64,000 nt of DNA, from assembly GCF_009914755.1 (NCBI RefSeq), contig NC_060937.1; one strand, written 5' to 3'. The position numbers were made by a program, and so were the translations under genes. Source of the stretch: the human T2T-CHM13v2.0 reference genome, Homo sapiens. The notes below the pieces were generated by a model, which did not search any database, was not told the origin of the DNA, and worked only from the letters and a program-made list of their open reading frames with translations. Below, one piece after another: positions 1 through 14,259 of this stretch; the first letter of the stretch is position 1, and each line of letters starts with the position of its first letter.

Positions 1-440
1 TGAAGAGGGTATTTTATTGTTTTTTAAAAAAAGGTTCTTAAACATTATTTGAAATAGTTAATATAAATACATAATTGCATTTGCTCTGTTTATTGTAATG
101 TATTCTAAATTAATGCAGAACCATATGGAAAATTTCATTAAAATCTATCCCCAAATGTGCTTTCTGTATCCTTCCTTCTACCTATTATTCTGATTTTTAA
201 AAATGCAGTTAATGTACCATTTATTTGCTTGATGAAGGGAGCTCTATTTTCTTTACCAGAAATGTTGCTAAGTAATTCCCAATAGAAAGCTGCTTATTTT
301 CATTAATGAAAAATAACCATGGTTTGTATACTAGAAGTCTTCTTCAGAAACTGGTGAGCCTTTCTGTTCAATTGCATTTGTAAATAAACTTGCTGATGCA
401 TTTAACGAGTGGGTCGTCTTTTTCTTAGGTGTATGTGTCT
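1..440 (+). other. Probable distal 3' UTR / 3' end of an upstream gene (not identified)
   Basis: Repeat-free AU-rich sequence; TGTA at 379-382, AATAAA at 383-388, then a GU/U-rich downstream element (gtgggtcgtctttttcttaggtgtatgtgtct, ~409-440). Gene identity cannot be determined from the sequence. Confidence 0.55.
383..388 (+). terminator. Canonical poly(A) signal with upstream UGUA and downstream GU-rich element
   Basis: tttgtaAATAAActtgctgatgcatttaacgagtgggtcgtcttttt. Confidence 0.6.
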
Positions 441-499
441 GACCTCAGGCCTTTTAGCCATATTTCAGTATGTGGCCTTTTTTGATGTTATGTTTTATC

Positions 500-602
500 C
501 AGTAGCTTTACTAAGGTATAATTGATGTAATAAACTGCATATATTTAAAGTGTATACTTTGACAAATTTTGACATGGTGTATACCTTCGAAACTATGCCA
601 CA
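500..602 (-). mobile_element. Old L1M 3'-end fragment
   Basis: aaggtataattgatgtaataaactgcatatatttaaagtgtatac resembles the reverse complement of L1M 3' ends. Confidence 0.5.
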
Positions 603-1914
603 GTCTGGATGTGTTTACTGAAACATTTTAATAAGGAAGTTTATTTTTGATAAAGTTATGTTTTTGGATACAATATATTTGTATGGTGAGAGTGATGAAT
701 TGTTGGATCATTTGAATAAAATCTTTTACTAACCCCATGATAAAAGGAGAAGACAACAGTGAGCTTAGAATATCTATAAAGCAAAAAATGTAGTCTCTTG
801 TTTAAAAAATCTGGAGCGGGAATGCAAGGATACAAAACTTTAGCATGCTTTGAGCAAAAATTTAAACTTACTGGAATCTTTTATAATAATGTAAGTGGAA
901 TGGAGGATTCTAGGAACTGAGAACTGTATTGGAATAGGTTCAAAATATGTAAGAAATGCTAATGTGGGAGATAAAAATTTTATTTAGTACTTATTCTGAT
1001 TATTATTAAAGTAATAATGTGTTCCTTGAGGATAACTTGTCAAATGCCCCAAAGCATAAAGAATATAATTCTGAATCCCAAATTCCAAAGACAAGAACTC
1101 TGTGTTTGAATTCATTCTGCATATAATTATTTATAAGTATAGATTGTGAATTTTTCCATGTTCTTAAAATTATTTTTATCTTTTTTCATGGTTGCATAGT
1201 GCTCCATTGTTTGGCCTTGGTAATATTTAGTTGATAATTCCATTACTGTGTATTTTTCACTTGTTTCTAAGATCAAACATTTTAATATGTGCATGTTATA
1301 TATAAATATGTAAATTCTGTGATACTCTATGATCATCTCTTTCTTTATATTATTTTCATAGACATGAAATAGTTGCTCAGAGATTATGCATTTTAAGACA
1401 CTCATAGTATATATTGCCAAAGTGGTTTCCAGAAAGGCACTGCTGGCTTCGACTCCTATAAGCAGCACGTGGGCTTGTTCATCTCACTGCATGTTTATGA
1501 AGATACAGTTCTTTTGCCTTGTTCTCTGCCTGATGTGTATGCAGAGGCAGCCCTCAATATGCAGTGGTTGAATAAATGAATGAAGAAACCACTATCAATT
1601 TCTGCCTTGTTAATTCTGTTTTCCACTGTCCCCAGAGGATGCCTTAATTCTGCCATCATTTTCGTTTCCTTATCCAAAATCCTTTCTGACCATTGCTCCT
1701 TTTCATCTAAGCCTTTTGTCTTTTCATCTGCTCTTGTTTTCTTATGATTTTTTCCCCCATTTCTCACATTATCTTACTTAGTGATAACATTTCTGTTAGT
1801 ACAAATTATAAGTACAGTTTTCAGAGCTATTTTCTTCTAGGATACCGGCTCTACATTTGTATAAGCCCTTGGGTATTTGTTACTTCACCTAGGAACAAGG
1901 GAAGAGTCCAGCCC

Positions 1915-3170
1915 TTCAACAAATTTTTTAATTCATACTTTATGCTCCAGGCACTGCTTTTGGCACCATGGGTAGAACAGTGAAGAAATACAGTCTTGGC
2001 TCTGATTGGTCTTATTTTTCTGGTTGAGGGAGGTGATAAAACAATACATGAAAAAATAACATGCAGGTGGCGATGAGAGCAACAAAGAACAAATACTGGG
2101 TAAGAAAGATGCAAGTGCTGGAAATGGAAGTTTGACAGTGCTTTTTATACAGGTGGTCAGGGACAGCCTTTTGATATTTGGGCCAAAGCTTGAAGAAATG
2201 AAGGAACAGAGACTTGATGGAAAAGCATTCCAGACACAGGGAGCAGCAAGTGACAAGGCTTGGCGCAGGAGAGTATTTGGTGTGTCCAGGAAGCAAGTGT
2301 GGTTGAGTGGAGTGAGTGTGGAGGGTTTAGGAGCCATGGGGAAGTGGAGGGCACAGAGCAGCAGTGGTTGCAGGACATGGGGTCTTATATTCTGAATGGA
2401 AGAGAAAGACTCCGGAGAGTTCTGAGAAGAGGAATGAAACAAACTGACTGTTGTGTTAAAAGGACTGCTACAGACTACTGTATGAACAAGACTGCAGAAG
2501 GACAGGCAAAAGCAGGGAGACCAGTTTGGAGCCTATTGAAATTATCCAGGCAAAAGATGACATATGCTTCAACAGGATGGGTGTAGGGGAGGTAGTGAGG
2601 AGAGGGAAGATTGTAGTGTGTGTGTGTTCTGAAGGTGAAGCTGGTAGAATTTGATCAAGATTGGATGACGCAAAAGAGGGCGGAGTAAAAAATGAATCTG
2701 AAATGTTGGCCTGAGGAGCTGGAAAAATGGAATTGCCTTTTTCTGAAATGGAGACGGTTACGAGTAAAGCACATTTGGGTAGGGTGATCAGAGATTTGGT
2801 TTTTAAGCATAGTGAGGTTGAGCAATCTATCAGATACCTCAATAGCAGTGTTGAGTAGGCAGCTGGCTATGCAAGGGAGAGGCCCAGGCTGGAAATACAG
2901 AGTCATCAGTATGTAGAAGGAATTTCAGCTGAGAATTGCGGGGACATCACCTGGAATCTGACTGTAACTAGAGTGGAGGTGATGTACAAGGACTGAATCC
3001 TGAGGCCCTCCAGCACTAGAGATCAGAGATACAGAAAAGTGAGCGAGAGAGAACCAAGACCCTGGTGCCCTGGAAACCAAGTCAAGACCATATTTTAAGG
3101 AGAGAGGCCTGTTGTGTCAAATGCTTCCCAGAGATCCAATAAAATTAGGCCTGAGGGTTGACATTGGAAA
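1915..3170 (-). mobile_element. L2 LINE (3' portion)
   Basis: Starts with the reverse complement of the L2 tail (ttcaacaaat...ccaggcactgc...), followed by a typical purine-rich L2 body (gttgagtaggcagctggctatgc...ggctggaaatacag). Confidence 0.8.
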
Positions 3171-3887
3171 TCAGTTTGCAACGTGCCTTTTCCCTGATCA
3201 TACACATGTTTGTGTTTGATATTGTCCTTCTCAAAGGTTCAGTTGGGGGCTCCTCATGTATAGGGTAGCTGGCCCAGTTTTCAGTGCCTGGCTGTATTTA
3301 AATGGACCTGATGCTCTTGCCCAGTTTTCCCAGGGAGATAAGTTGAAGGGTAACATAGAAAGCCATTTCTAGGCTACTTACTGTCTGCACCCTTCCCTAT
3401 AATGTACTAGCAACTGGAGCTGCACTTCCCAGTGTGTTGTATGTCACCTCAACACACATGAGATCCTTCTCCTCCTCCCTCTGCCCTGTAATTTCTGAGG
3501 ATCACAGAATATTGTGGAAATAAAGGTTTTGGGGTTGAGGCTACCCTATCTGCCTCAGAGGTGCAGAGCTGGTCAGCTGGGGGGCATTTCTGCTCTGCAA
3601 TGTTCTGATACAAACCCTAGGTCTTTTAACCAAGATGCAGGCCAGTCTGTCTGATTTCAAGCTACAAACAAGCTTTGGTCCTTAAGTTTTGACACATAGT
3701 TCAGCTATGTGGTAGTTGATGGAAATCCCCTCTAGATTCCAGCATTAGTTTGCCAGTTTTAAATCTTAACATTAAGAATTTTTTATTTTCAATGTGTTTA
3801 TGCTTTGTGGGAAGCAGGGAGAAGCTGAATAAAAAAATTGCTGTCTACATGCCATATTAAGGCATAAGCTAGTTTTGTGATTGATTT

Positions 3888-4019
3888 AGAGATTGCATTT
3901 TGCTCTGTCACCCAGGTGATCATAGTTTACCACAGCCTCAATCTCCTGGGCTCAAGCAGTTCTCCTGCCTCGTCCTCCCAAAGCACTGGGATTATAGACA
4001 TAAGTTACTGGATCTGGCC
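3888..4019 (-). mobile_element. Alu monomer (FLAM/FRAM/AluJ fragment)
   Basis: ttgctctgtcacccagg...ctcctgggctcaagcagttctcctgcctc...cccaaagcactgggattataga. Confidence 0.85.
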
Positions 4020-5362
4020 AAGTTCTTTGTTTTGGGATGTCATAACTGTTCCTGAAATCTACATCTTCATATCCTTGCCTTACAGGCAGTAGATACAGGT
4101 GTATTCTTTAGGCATTCATTTCTTCAGTTGATATATTTGAGAATTACACGTGGTTAGGTAATTAAACCCATCTTTCCTCAGTGCTGAGCCAATAGGGAAC
4201 CTTTTAGGAGGTAAGGATGGAAAATATCAGCTTCTTTTCTGCTGGACAACTTCCCACTTGGATTGAGCTTAATGACGAAGCATCGAAGAGAAGGGCCCTT
4301 TGTCTTCTGTACTTATGGGCTAACCACATGGAGGACAGAGGACTGCATGTGGCCTGTGGACAGGCAGCTTCAAAGACAAGGTCAAAGAATAGTTCAGGGT
4401 TCAGGCCACATGAGTGGCCACTTCTAACATTCAGTCTTTCCCAAAGGGGGTGGTGTTTGTCACTCCTCCCTCTATGGGGAGAAACAAGGGAGCAGAGTAG
4501 AGAGAAGAATGATTTCTTCTTCCAATAGTCCTGAGAAAACAAATGTTTCTGGGTTGGCATGAATGTAGAGGAGGAGAGAAGGTGATTTTACTGTCTGTGT
4601 GAAGGCATGGAACATCTTCAGTGCCCAATTTAGGAAGGAAAGCGGAAAAATTGAATTTGTTCTGCTTAAGAATTTAATCTTAGCATTTTACTTGAAATGT
4701 TTATGTAAGAGTGAAAACTAGCCAAAAAAGGGTGAAACTCTCTGAATTTCAATGCATAGGCACAGAATGGTAACTACTGCCTGATTGCTAGAGTTGAGAG
4801 ACATGCCTAATGGGGTGCCTCAGGGTTGAGATTTTACTTGTTTTATTTTGCACTTTAACATCCATCCTCACAATCTGGAGGAGGGATTAGAAGGCATGCT
4901 AATGCAAGTCCCAGTTCATGTCAGTAAAAATGACATTTAAAAAAAAAAACAAAACTAATTTGTGCTTAAAGTCCATGCATAGGAGGCAGGAAAACAACTT
5001 CCAGATTCTTTTTCATGAAACGTGTAGATACTAGGAGTTTATGTGATGAATATAAAACAATCGTTATTCTCACAGGGAGAAGAGAGGCACATACCCAAAG
5101 TATCCTAGTACATGGTAGAAGAGACAAGGACTATGAGAGAGTGTGTGAGGAGGGAGGAAGTGACCTGACAGCAGAATTGCTGTTTAAACCACACATTTAA
5201 GGGCAGATACAATCTTAACAAATCATGTGGAAGGAACAAAATATTATTTCTCAGTTAAGATAAACATCCCAGTGATTCTTCCCTTGTTTTGTATTCCTGC
5301 TGAACCTTACAGAGTTGGCCTGTTTTGCAGAGGAATGAGCAGGTCACTCGAGATACTCTGGG

Positions 5363-5694
5363 TTGGGATCTCCAATGGCTGGGCTGTGCACTGGTACTGG
5401 TCCGTGGCCTATTAAGAACCTGGCAGCATGGCAGGAGGTGAGCGGTGGGCAAGCCAGCGTTGCTGCCTGAGCTCCGCCACCTGTAAGATCAGTGGCGGCA
5501 TTAAATTCTCATAGGTGTGTGAACCCTATTGTGAACTGCACATCCAAAGGTTCTAGCTTGCAGTCTCATAAGAATCTAATGCCTGATGATCTGAGGTGGA
5601 ACAGTTTCATCCCGAAACCATCCTGACCACCCCGTCTGTGGAAAAATTGTCTTCCATGAACCTGTCTGTGGTCCCAAAAAGGCTGGGACTGCTG
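5363..5694 (+). mobile_element. MER1B (hAT-Charlie non-autonomous DNA transposon)
   Basis: Matches the MER1B consensus as recalled: ggtccgtggcct...gcaggaggtgagcgg...gaatctaatgcctgatgatctgaggtggaacagtttcatcccgaaacc...caaaaaggctgggactgctg. Confidence 0.9.
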
Positions 5695-6026
5695 TTCTGG
5701 GTGATAATGTATCCGCGAACTGGACCAAAAGACAAACGAATGAATAACTTTGGGACCTGAAGCCTGGGTGGTTTAGATATTCGTTGAAGGTGGAGATATT
5801 TCCTGTTTTGGATAGAGCATACAGCAGGGTGGACATACATTTAAAAATGTCTAAAGGTAGCTGGAAATAGGGTATTGGGTTTAAACAGTAAAAGAAATAT
5901 CCATTGTATTCATTTGCATGCTCAAATTGACTTAAATATAAAGAAGTTTATTTCTTTACCTAAAAGGAAGTTGAGAAGGCTGATTCATCCAGCAGTTCAA
6001 TAACGTAATTAAAGAAGCATATTCAT

Positions 6027-6330
6027 GCTGGGCACGGTGGCTCATGCCTGTAATCCCAGCACTTTGGGAGGCCGAGGTGGGCGGATCATGAGGTCAGGAG
6101 TTCAAGACCAGCCTGGCTAACAGTGAAACCTGTCTCTACTAAAAATACAAAAAATTAGCCAGGCGTGGTGGCTTGTGCCTGTAGTCACAGCTACTTGGAA
6201 GTCTGAGGCAAGAGAATCGCTTGAACTCGGGAGGCAGAGGTTGCAGTCAGCCGAGACCGCGCCACTGCACTCCAGCCTGGGCGACAGAGTGAGACTCCAT
6301 CTCAAAAAAAAAAAAAAAAAAAAAAAAAAA
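6027..6330 (+). mobile_element. AluS, full length with long poly(A) tail
   Basis: Both Alu arms, A-rich linker, ~26-nt poly(A), degenerate TSD (aagcatatt/aagcctatt). Confidence 0.97.
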
Positions 6331-8177
6331 GCCTATTTATCTCAGGCTCTTTGGCCATTCTCAATGTTGTCCTGATCCTAAGGCTAGTTACGACCATGGC
6401 TGCAAGACAAGTGAAGGGCTTCATGCTTCCTTGTTATTATCTCCTGGAAGAGAGACTGACTGCTTAGTGCTCTCAAGTGTGTAGGAAAACTTCCCAGAAG
6501 CTTTCAGCAAAATATTTTTGTTCTCATCGGCCAGACTTGAGTTATTCGTCCATTTCTGAACAAAGGGTAATCCCATTCTCATGGCAAACATGACCTCCTT
6601 CAGTGAAGACCAGCTTACAGTCATGTTATTGCTAACCGAAGGGAGTGTGATGAAATGAATGTTGGAGTCAACCACAATGTTTACCGTTGTTAGACTTTAT
6701 GAATTACCTCAAAAATATGTACTGAGTATTTGCTTTATGCAAGACCTTGTCTTATTTTCAGTGAGTTTCTTAAACAATATAGGGAGAACAGGAGAGCGGA
6801 CAAGGATCTTTCCTTCAATTGTACCCAACAAGGATCATGTGTGCAAGTAGTTACTTGATTGAAAATTTGATGTGTTCTAGAAAATATAAAAGATCAGCTT
6901 ATGGTAACAGGTGAAGCATTGGGAACCTGGTAATTAGTGAATACTTGTAAAGCATGAGGAATATACTTGTTCAAATTTCTTATATAAAAGTTCATGAAAG
7001 CAAATCGTGAAACTAATAGTCAACCTTTTGTGATTAAATTTTAAACACTTTATGGATTTTACATGCCAATATCCCATGGTATTGTTTAACACAGTTTTAG
7101 GTGACCTATTAAGTGACTTGAATGTTGTTTGACAACTCTGTGTGAAGCTCTTTGCTACTTTCACTGTAAAGATCCTCAAACCTCTTTATAGAGAAGTATT
7201 TTTCACAACACTATTTCTGTGGAAGATTATCGTGACTCTTTGCCATTAAAATTCGATTGGAGAAGAAATAGGACTTACTCAAAATTCCCTAGGAGAGGCC
7301 CATTAGAATCAGGAAAACAATGCAGCAGTTTTTTTCTATGTTATATCCAGGATTTTAACATAAGATATTTTTGTGTTCTATTTGTTGTACCTTTTTCCCC
7401 TCCTCCCCAAAGTGCTTTCTTAGATCTATAATGAATTCTGTGTCATAGACCTGCATGCAAAGGATTGATCTGCCTGTTGCCATTTCAGGCTAAAATAGAG
7501 AGTTCCCCCTGCATTTGTCAGAAGCTCATTTACCCTTTCAACCTGTTTCACAGCAGCAGGAGAACATCCATCAAAGACGGCCAGAAGAACTCCTGGGTCA
7601 AGCCCTCCAGTCATGTATGCGCTTGAATCCAGTTCTACATCCAAATCAGACTAGCTATCTAGGATCTTTTAGCCATAGAACGCTACTTTTGAAGCCGTCT
7701 CAAGTTTAAATATATGATCAGGTTTAGAATGTCCACGATGCCTTCATTCTGCATATGTGAAAGTTTTCCTCTCAGGAATACAGCTCACAGCTACAGAGGA
7801 GACAGGAAAGACCCTCTGCCCTCCTGAGTTCTCCTTAATAGTGTTTATTGAGTGCTTTCTGTGTTTATTGAGTGCTTAGGGATACAATATTTTCATACTA
7901 CCTTGCCAAAATTATGAAAATCAACATTAACAAAGTTATGAAAATTAACATTGATTTTTCTATACTTGGACTTAGTATCTGTTTGGAGTTCCATTCCATC
8001 TGAAGGCAGGACACAAAAATCTAGTTTTATCTATTTCTTTTCTACAGCTGCTTCTGATTTAATCCGGTCAAATCAGAATTTTGCCTCCCTCTCTCCTTCC
8101 CCCATCGGTGGCATCTAAGCACTGGTATGTTTGCATGGACAGTGTCATGGGCCTGTGGAAGCCCTTTGCTCTCCCTG

Positions 8178-8474
8178 TTTTTTTTTTTTTTTTTTTGAGA
8201 TGGAGTCTCACTCTCTCGCCCAGGCTGGAGTGCAGTGGCATGATCTCGGCTTACTGCAAGCTCCGCCTCCTGGGTTCACGCCATTCTCCTGCCTCAGCCT
8301 CCCGAGCAGCTGAGACTACAGGCGCCGGCCACCATGCCCGGCTAATTTTCTGTATTTTTAGTAGAGACGGGGTTTCACCGTAGCCAGGATGGTCTTGATC
8401 TCCTGACCTCGTGATCCGCCTACCTCGGCATCCCAAAGTTCTGGGATTAGAGGAATGAGCCACCGCGCCCGGCC
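8178..8474 (-). mobile_element. AluY
   Basis: AluY diagnostics gcaagctccgcctcc..gggttcacgccattctcc and gatctcctgacctcgtgatcc; TSD tctccctgtttt on both sides. Confidence 0.97.
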
Positions 8475-8734
8475 TCTCCCTGTTTTTTATAGCGATGTTC
8501 ACTGCAGTGCCTGTTGATCTGTGTGGTCTTTCTAATGAGTTAGCCTTTCATGACACCCTCCTCTGGGGTGTCCACTTTCCCATCTGGCCCATGGCTAGAA
8601 GGTGTCTGCAGCACAGCCTACCCAGTATGCAGTGTCAACACCCATCCCTTCACCCCCCGTGTGTGACTTCTTTGGGTCAACAGGCATGCTCTGTCAGCAA
8701 AAGGTCATCTCTACCCTTAGATCCTTTACCACAC

Positions 8735-8830
8735 CTACAAAGTCCCTTTGCCATATGATGTAACATATTCATAGGTAGCAGAGACTAGGAGGAGAACATC
8801 TTTGGAGAGACATTATTCAGCATACCACAG
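8735..8830 (-). mobile_element. MLT1 (ERVL-MaLR) LTR fragment
   Basis: aaagtccctttgccatatgatgtaacatattcatagg...gacattattcagcataccaca is the reverse complement of the MLT1 5' end. Confidence 0.7.
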
Positions 8831-9329
8831 TCACTTTGATATTTACCAACTAAAAACATGAGTATCTTCCCCTCGCGGATCTGCTTCTTTAAGGGGAGTA
8901 CATTAATATGATTTTGACTACAAATATTAATGTTTTTCTTAAATTGTCTTTATTATAAATGTGTGCTCATCACAAAGATGTGACGAAATGGCACTTGTAA
9001 TCTCTGTCAGACCTAATTTTCAGTGGAGTAGTGATTATTTCAATGACCTCTACAATGCTCATTTGGTCAGCACATAACTCATTTCTTATGGTTAGTGCTG
9101 TCCAAAATGAAGTGCAAGATGATTTATTTGTATTTGTAAGAAGAAAGTATTAGAACACTTATGTGTATTTATATGTTTGAAAGTAAAAATTTTAAGTTTT
9201 TCTAATCACTCATGGAAGGATTGACACACATATGCCTGTCTTTTTGGCTGAGTTTGTCACACGTGGTATAGAGAACATGACATATTCTGAAGTCGAATGG
9301 GAGTTCCACACCGTGCAGAGGTTAATACG

Positions 9330-11400
<2,071 letters not shown>

Positions 11401-11779
11401 AATGGAAAGCCAAGAGAATGAAGTAAACTGATGAAGATGCCTTTTAATTCCCTGTCGGGTCTTCCCATCTTACAACCTTGTAATGTATCTTTATGACTCC
11501 ATGTGAAGGAGATTGCATTAAAACACATTTGCATCTTTGGAGAATTGGAGTGTTAGCCGTAGGATGCACTCTTTTACTTGTTTTGTTATACCTGTAGGAG
11601 AATCTTAAACCCTTATACACGAATCTCCATTTGAAAAGCTGTTGGTGATCAGATAAAACACTGTCTCCTCTTAATTTTTTTTGCCACAAAAAGCTGTTTG
11701 TCTCGCAACTCCTTGAGGGTTCAATTCAAGTTTTCTAATTATTGTGCATTGTCTTTCTGGCAATTAGCACTTAGAAAGA

Positions 11780-12035
11780 GGGACAGGATGGTATAAAATG
11801 TGAAGACAGCAGTTTAAGACTGACACTATCTGAGGCTTAGTGGCTTCCTGCGCATGTAACCTTGATGACCTTACTTTTCCTCCCCGTGCCTCAATTTTTT
11901 CACGTGTAAAACAAAAGTGAAACAGGAATCACTAGTAGCACCTCTCATGAGCTTCTTGTGACCAAGAACTGAGTAAATTCACGTGAAGCTCTTGGAAAGG
12001 TGGCTGGTGAATAGAAACAATAGATGTTAACTCTT
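11780..12035 (+). mobile_element. MIR SINE
   Basis: MIR core: gtaaccttgatgaccttacttttcctccccgtgcctcaattttttcacgtgtaaaa. Confidence 0.7.
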
Positions 12036-12216
12036 AGCTTTTTGCAAGAAGTAATGCCTGTGCTGTTTTCTACAAAACTTTATTTCAGCTTTCCAGATGA
12101 AACAGGATTGACACCATTTTAGAAAAATCAACAATAAATGGCACTTAATGAGACTATGTTCCTAAATCTGCATTTCTTTGTGAGAATTTTGATTTTGCAG
12201 GTTCTTCGTATTCATA

Positions 12217-12232
12217 ACACTAGGTGGCAGTG
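12217..12232 (+). promoter_or_regulatory. CTCF-like motif
   Basis: acACTAGGTGGCAGtg matches the CTCF core CCASYAGRKGGCRS except at the first base. Confidence 0.6.
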
Positions 12233-12239
12233 TTAGCAC

Positions 12240-12540
12240 AGACGGGGAAAAAAAACACTGCGGGTTTCCCCATTCCCCCCATTTCCCTTTCCAGTTTTAT
12301 AACTTTTTAGTCAGCTTTTGAACCACCGATCAGTCCATATTAGTAGTCTGGGGACACCCCAGTGCCGAGTCCTACAGGACACTGGCTGACGGATTAACAG
12401 GACATTTCAATGATCGTTGCCTCGTAGGAGCAAATGTGGTCCGGTGCGATGCGAGGAAACTACGTCCTAATTTCTCTATCAGGGGCTTGCACAAGGCTGT
12501 TTTTCTGCACAAAAGCTGACTTAGGAACGCTTTAGCTCAC
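12240..12540 (+). promoter_or_regulatory. CpG-retaining unique segment, candidate promoter/TSS of the downstream spliced unit
   Basis: About a dozen CpGs in ~300 bp against a CpG-depleted background; non-repetitive; next to the CTCF motif and just upstream of the first predicted exon. Confidence 0.45.
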
Positions 12541-12854
12541 TATGCAGAGGCCTGAAGAGTCCTTGATTTTCCTGGAGAGAGCTGGCAGGTTTGATAGAGG
12601 CTGTCACGTTTTAGGAATCTCAATGGTCCCCCAGACAATAAGCCAACGGCCTTTGGCGGGTGGGATTTTGCTGAAGTCATTTCTTTGTGACTCTGTGGGC
12701 GAGGCAAGTATTTGCCAGGTCACTGGGGTCTTGACTTTAAAAACGGGCAGTTTTTAAACTAAAAGTTTTATTCTTTTTAGATGATTATCCCGGGGCTCCT
12801 CTGAGAAAAGTAGGAGTAGATTGCTGGAATTACCATGGGTTAAAATGAAAGAGG

Positions 12855-12971
12855 ATGACCTGGCTGGACAAAGGCGTATGGACTCAGGAAGACGAGAACT
12901 CCTGCTCCTTCTCTGAATCGGATTTTCCTGGCTGTAGAGACCAGATCAACCCTTCCATTCCATCGATTTGG
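12855..12971 (+). CDS. Putative 122-aa uncharacterised ORF, coding exon 1 ([39 protein letters not shown])
   Basis: ATG 12855; 39 codons ending at a weak phase-0 donor TGG|gtatct immediately before a (CT)n tract. Translation uncertain because of upstream ATGs. Confidence 0.45.
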
Positions 12972-12973
12972 GT

Positions 12974-12974
12974 A

Positions 12975-13023
<49 letters not shown>

Positions 13024-13104
13024 ATATATTTATATCTATCGATCTATCAATCTATCATGCCTCCATAAATCTGCATGCACACATGTGCATATACACACAC
13101 ACAC
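12974..13104. repeat. Compound microsatellite (CT)n/(TATC)n/(CA)n
   Basis: Directly visible. Confidence 0.9.
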
Positions 13105-13109
13105 ATTTT

Positions 13110-14240
13110 TGTTTATTCAACCCATAAATATTTGAGTGCCTGCTGTGTGCCAGTTACTGATCTCAACAACACAGATGAAGCAGTGAACAAAACAGATGAC
13201 GTTGCTCCTCTTACGGAGCTTATATTATATTATAGTGGGGGGACACATCAGGTGGTAAATACTGTGAAGTAAAGTGATATAAAAGGATAGAGAGTGGTGA
13301 GGAATACAGGGGATTCTATTTATTTTGTTTTTATTTAGTATGGATACATAATAGTTGTACATGTTTATGGGGTACATGGGATGTTTTGATACGAGCATAC
13401 AATGTGTAATGTCAAATCAGGGCAATTGGGGTATCTACCACCTCAAGCATTTATTATTTCTTTGTGTTAGGAAAATTCCAATTCTACTCTCTTAGTTATT
13501 TTTAAATGGGCAACAAGCTATTGTTAACTATACTCACCCTGTTGTGTATTTCTATCTAACTGTATTTTGTACCCATTAACCATCCCCATTTTATCTTCCC
13601 CACAGCCCTTCCCAGCCTCTGGTAACCATTATTCTCCTCTCTATCTCCATGAGTTCAATTGTTTTAATTTTTAGCTCCCAAATATGAGTGAGGATATGCA
13701 AAATTTGTCTTTCTCTGCCTGGCTTATTTCACTTAACATATTGTCATCTAGTTCCATCCAAATTGTTGCAAATGACAATATTTCATTCTCTTGTATGGGT
13801 GAAAAATATTCCACTGTGTATATGTGCCACGTTTTCTTTATCCAGTCATCCATTAATAAACACTAGGCTGATTCCCCGTCTTGGCTATTGCGAATAGTGC
13901 TGCAGTAAGCATGGGAGTGCACATCTCTCTTCGATACACTGATTTCCTTTCTTTTGGGTATATACCCAGCAGTGAGATTGCTGGATCATATGGTAGTTCT
14001 GTTTTTAGTTTTTTGAGTAACCTGCATACCGTTCTCCATAGTGGCTATGCTAATTTACATTCCCTCCAACAGCATACGAGGGTCCTAGGGGATTCTATTT
14101 TAGATAGGAATTTGCTTGGGAAATTGAGTATGCTGATGTCTTAGCAGAAACCTGAATGAAGCGAAGGAGTGAGATGTGCACCTTTCTAGGGGAAGAATAT
14201 TCCAGCCAGAAGGAAGAGCACATAGGTGCTCTGAGGACAT
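13110..14240 (-). mobile_element. L2 fragment split by an L1MA insertion
   Basis: L2 tail reverse complement at 13110-13310; L2 body resumes after 14100. Confidence 0.7.
13322..14086 (-). mobile_element. L1MA 3' end (5'-truncated)
   Basis: Typical L1MA 3' UTR/ORF2 end; 14-bp TSD aggggattctattt at 13308-13321 and 14087-14100. Confidence 0.9.
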
Positions 14241-14259
14241 TGGTGGGTAATGCTCGGGG

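Noticed and set aside
1933-2906. Longest ORFs in the track (169 aa, 124 aa and overlapping frames)
   Set aside because: They lie within a decayed L2, overlap on both strands and show no domain-like content or splice support.
5785-5801. 17-mer TGAAGGTGGAGATATTT also present at 32892-32908
   Set aside because: The match does not extend into the flanks; one exact 17-mer pair in 64 kb of AT-rich DNA is plausible by chance.
7841-7955. Short tandem duplications (20-bp unit at 7841, ~24-bp unit at ~7908; also a 13-bp unit at ~11274)
   Set aside because: Two-copy slippage duplications with no spacers; ordinary.
12262-12271. NF-kB-like GGGTTTCCCC
   Set aside because: It does not fit GGGRNNYYCC on either strand; too weak to call.
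12972-13127. Unspliced extension of the 12855 ORF (SLSLSLSL...)
   Set aside because: It reads through a (CT)n/(CA)n microsatellite; the spliced model explains the region better.
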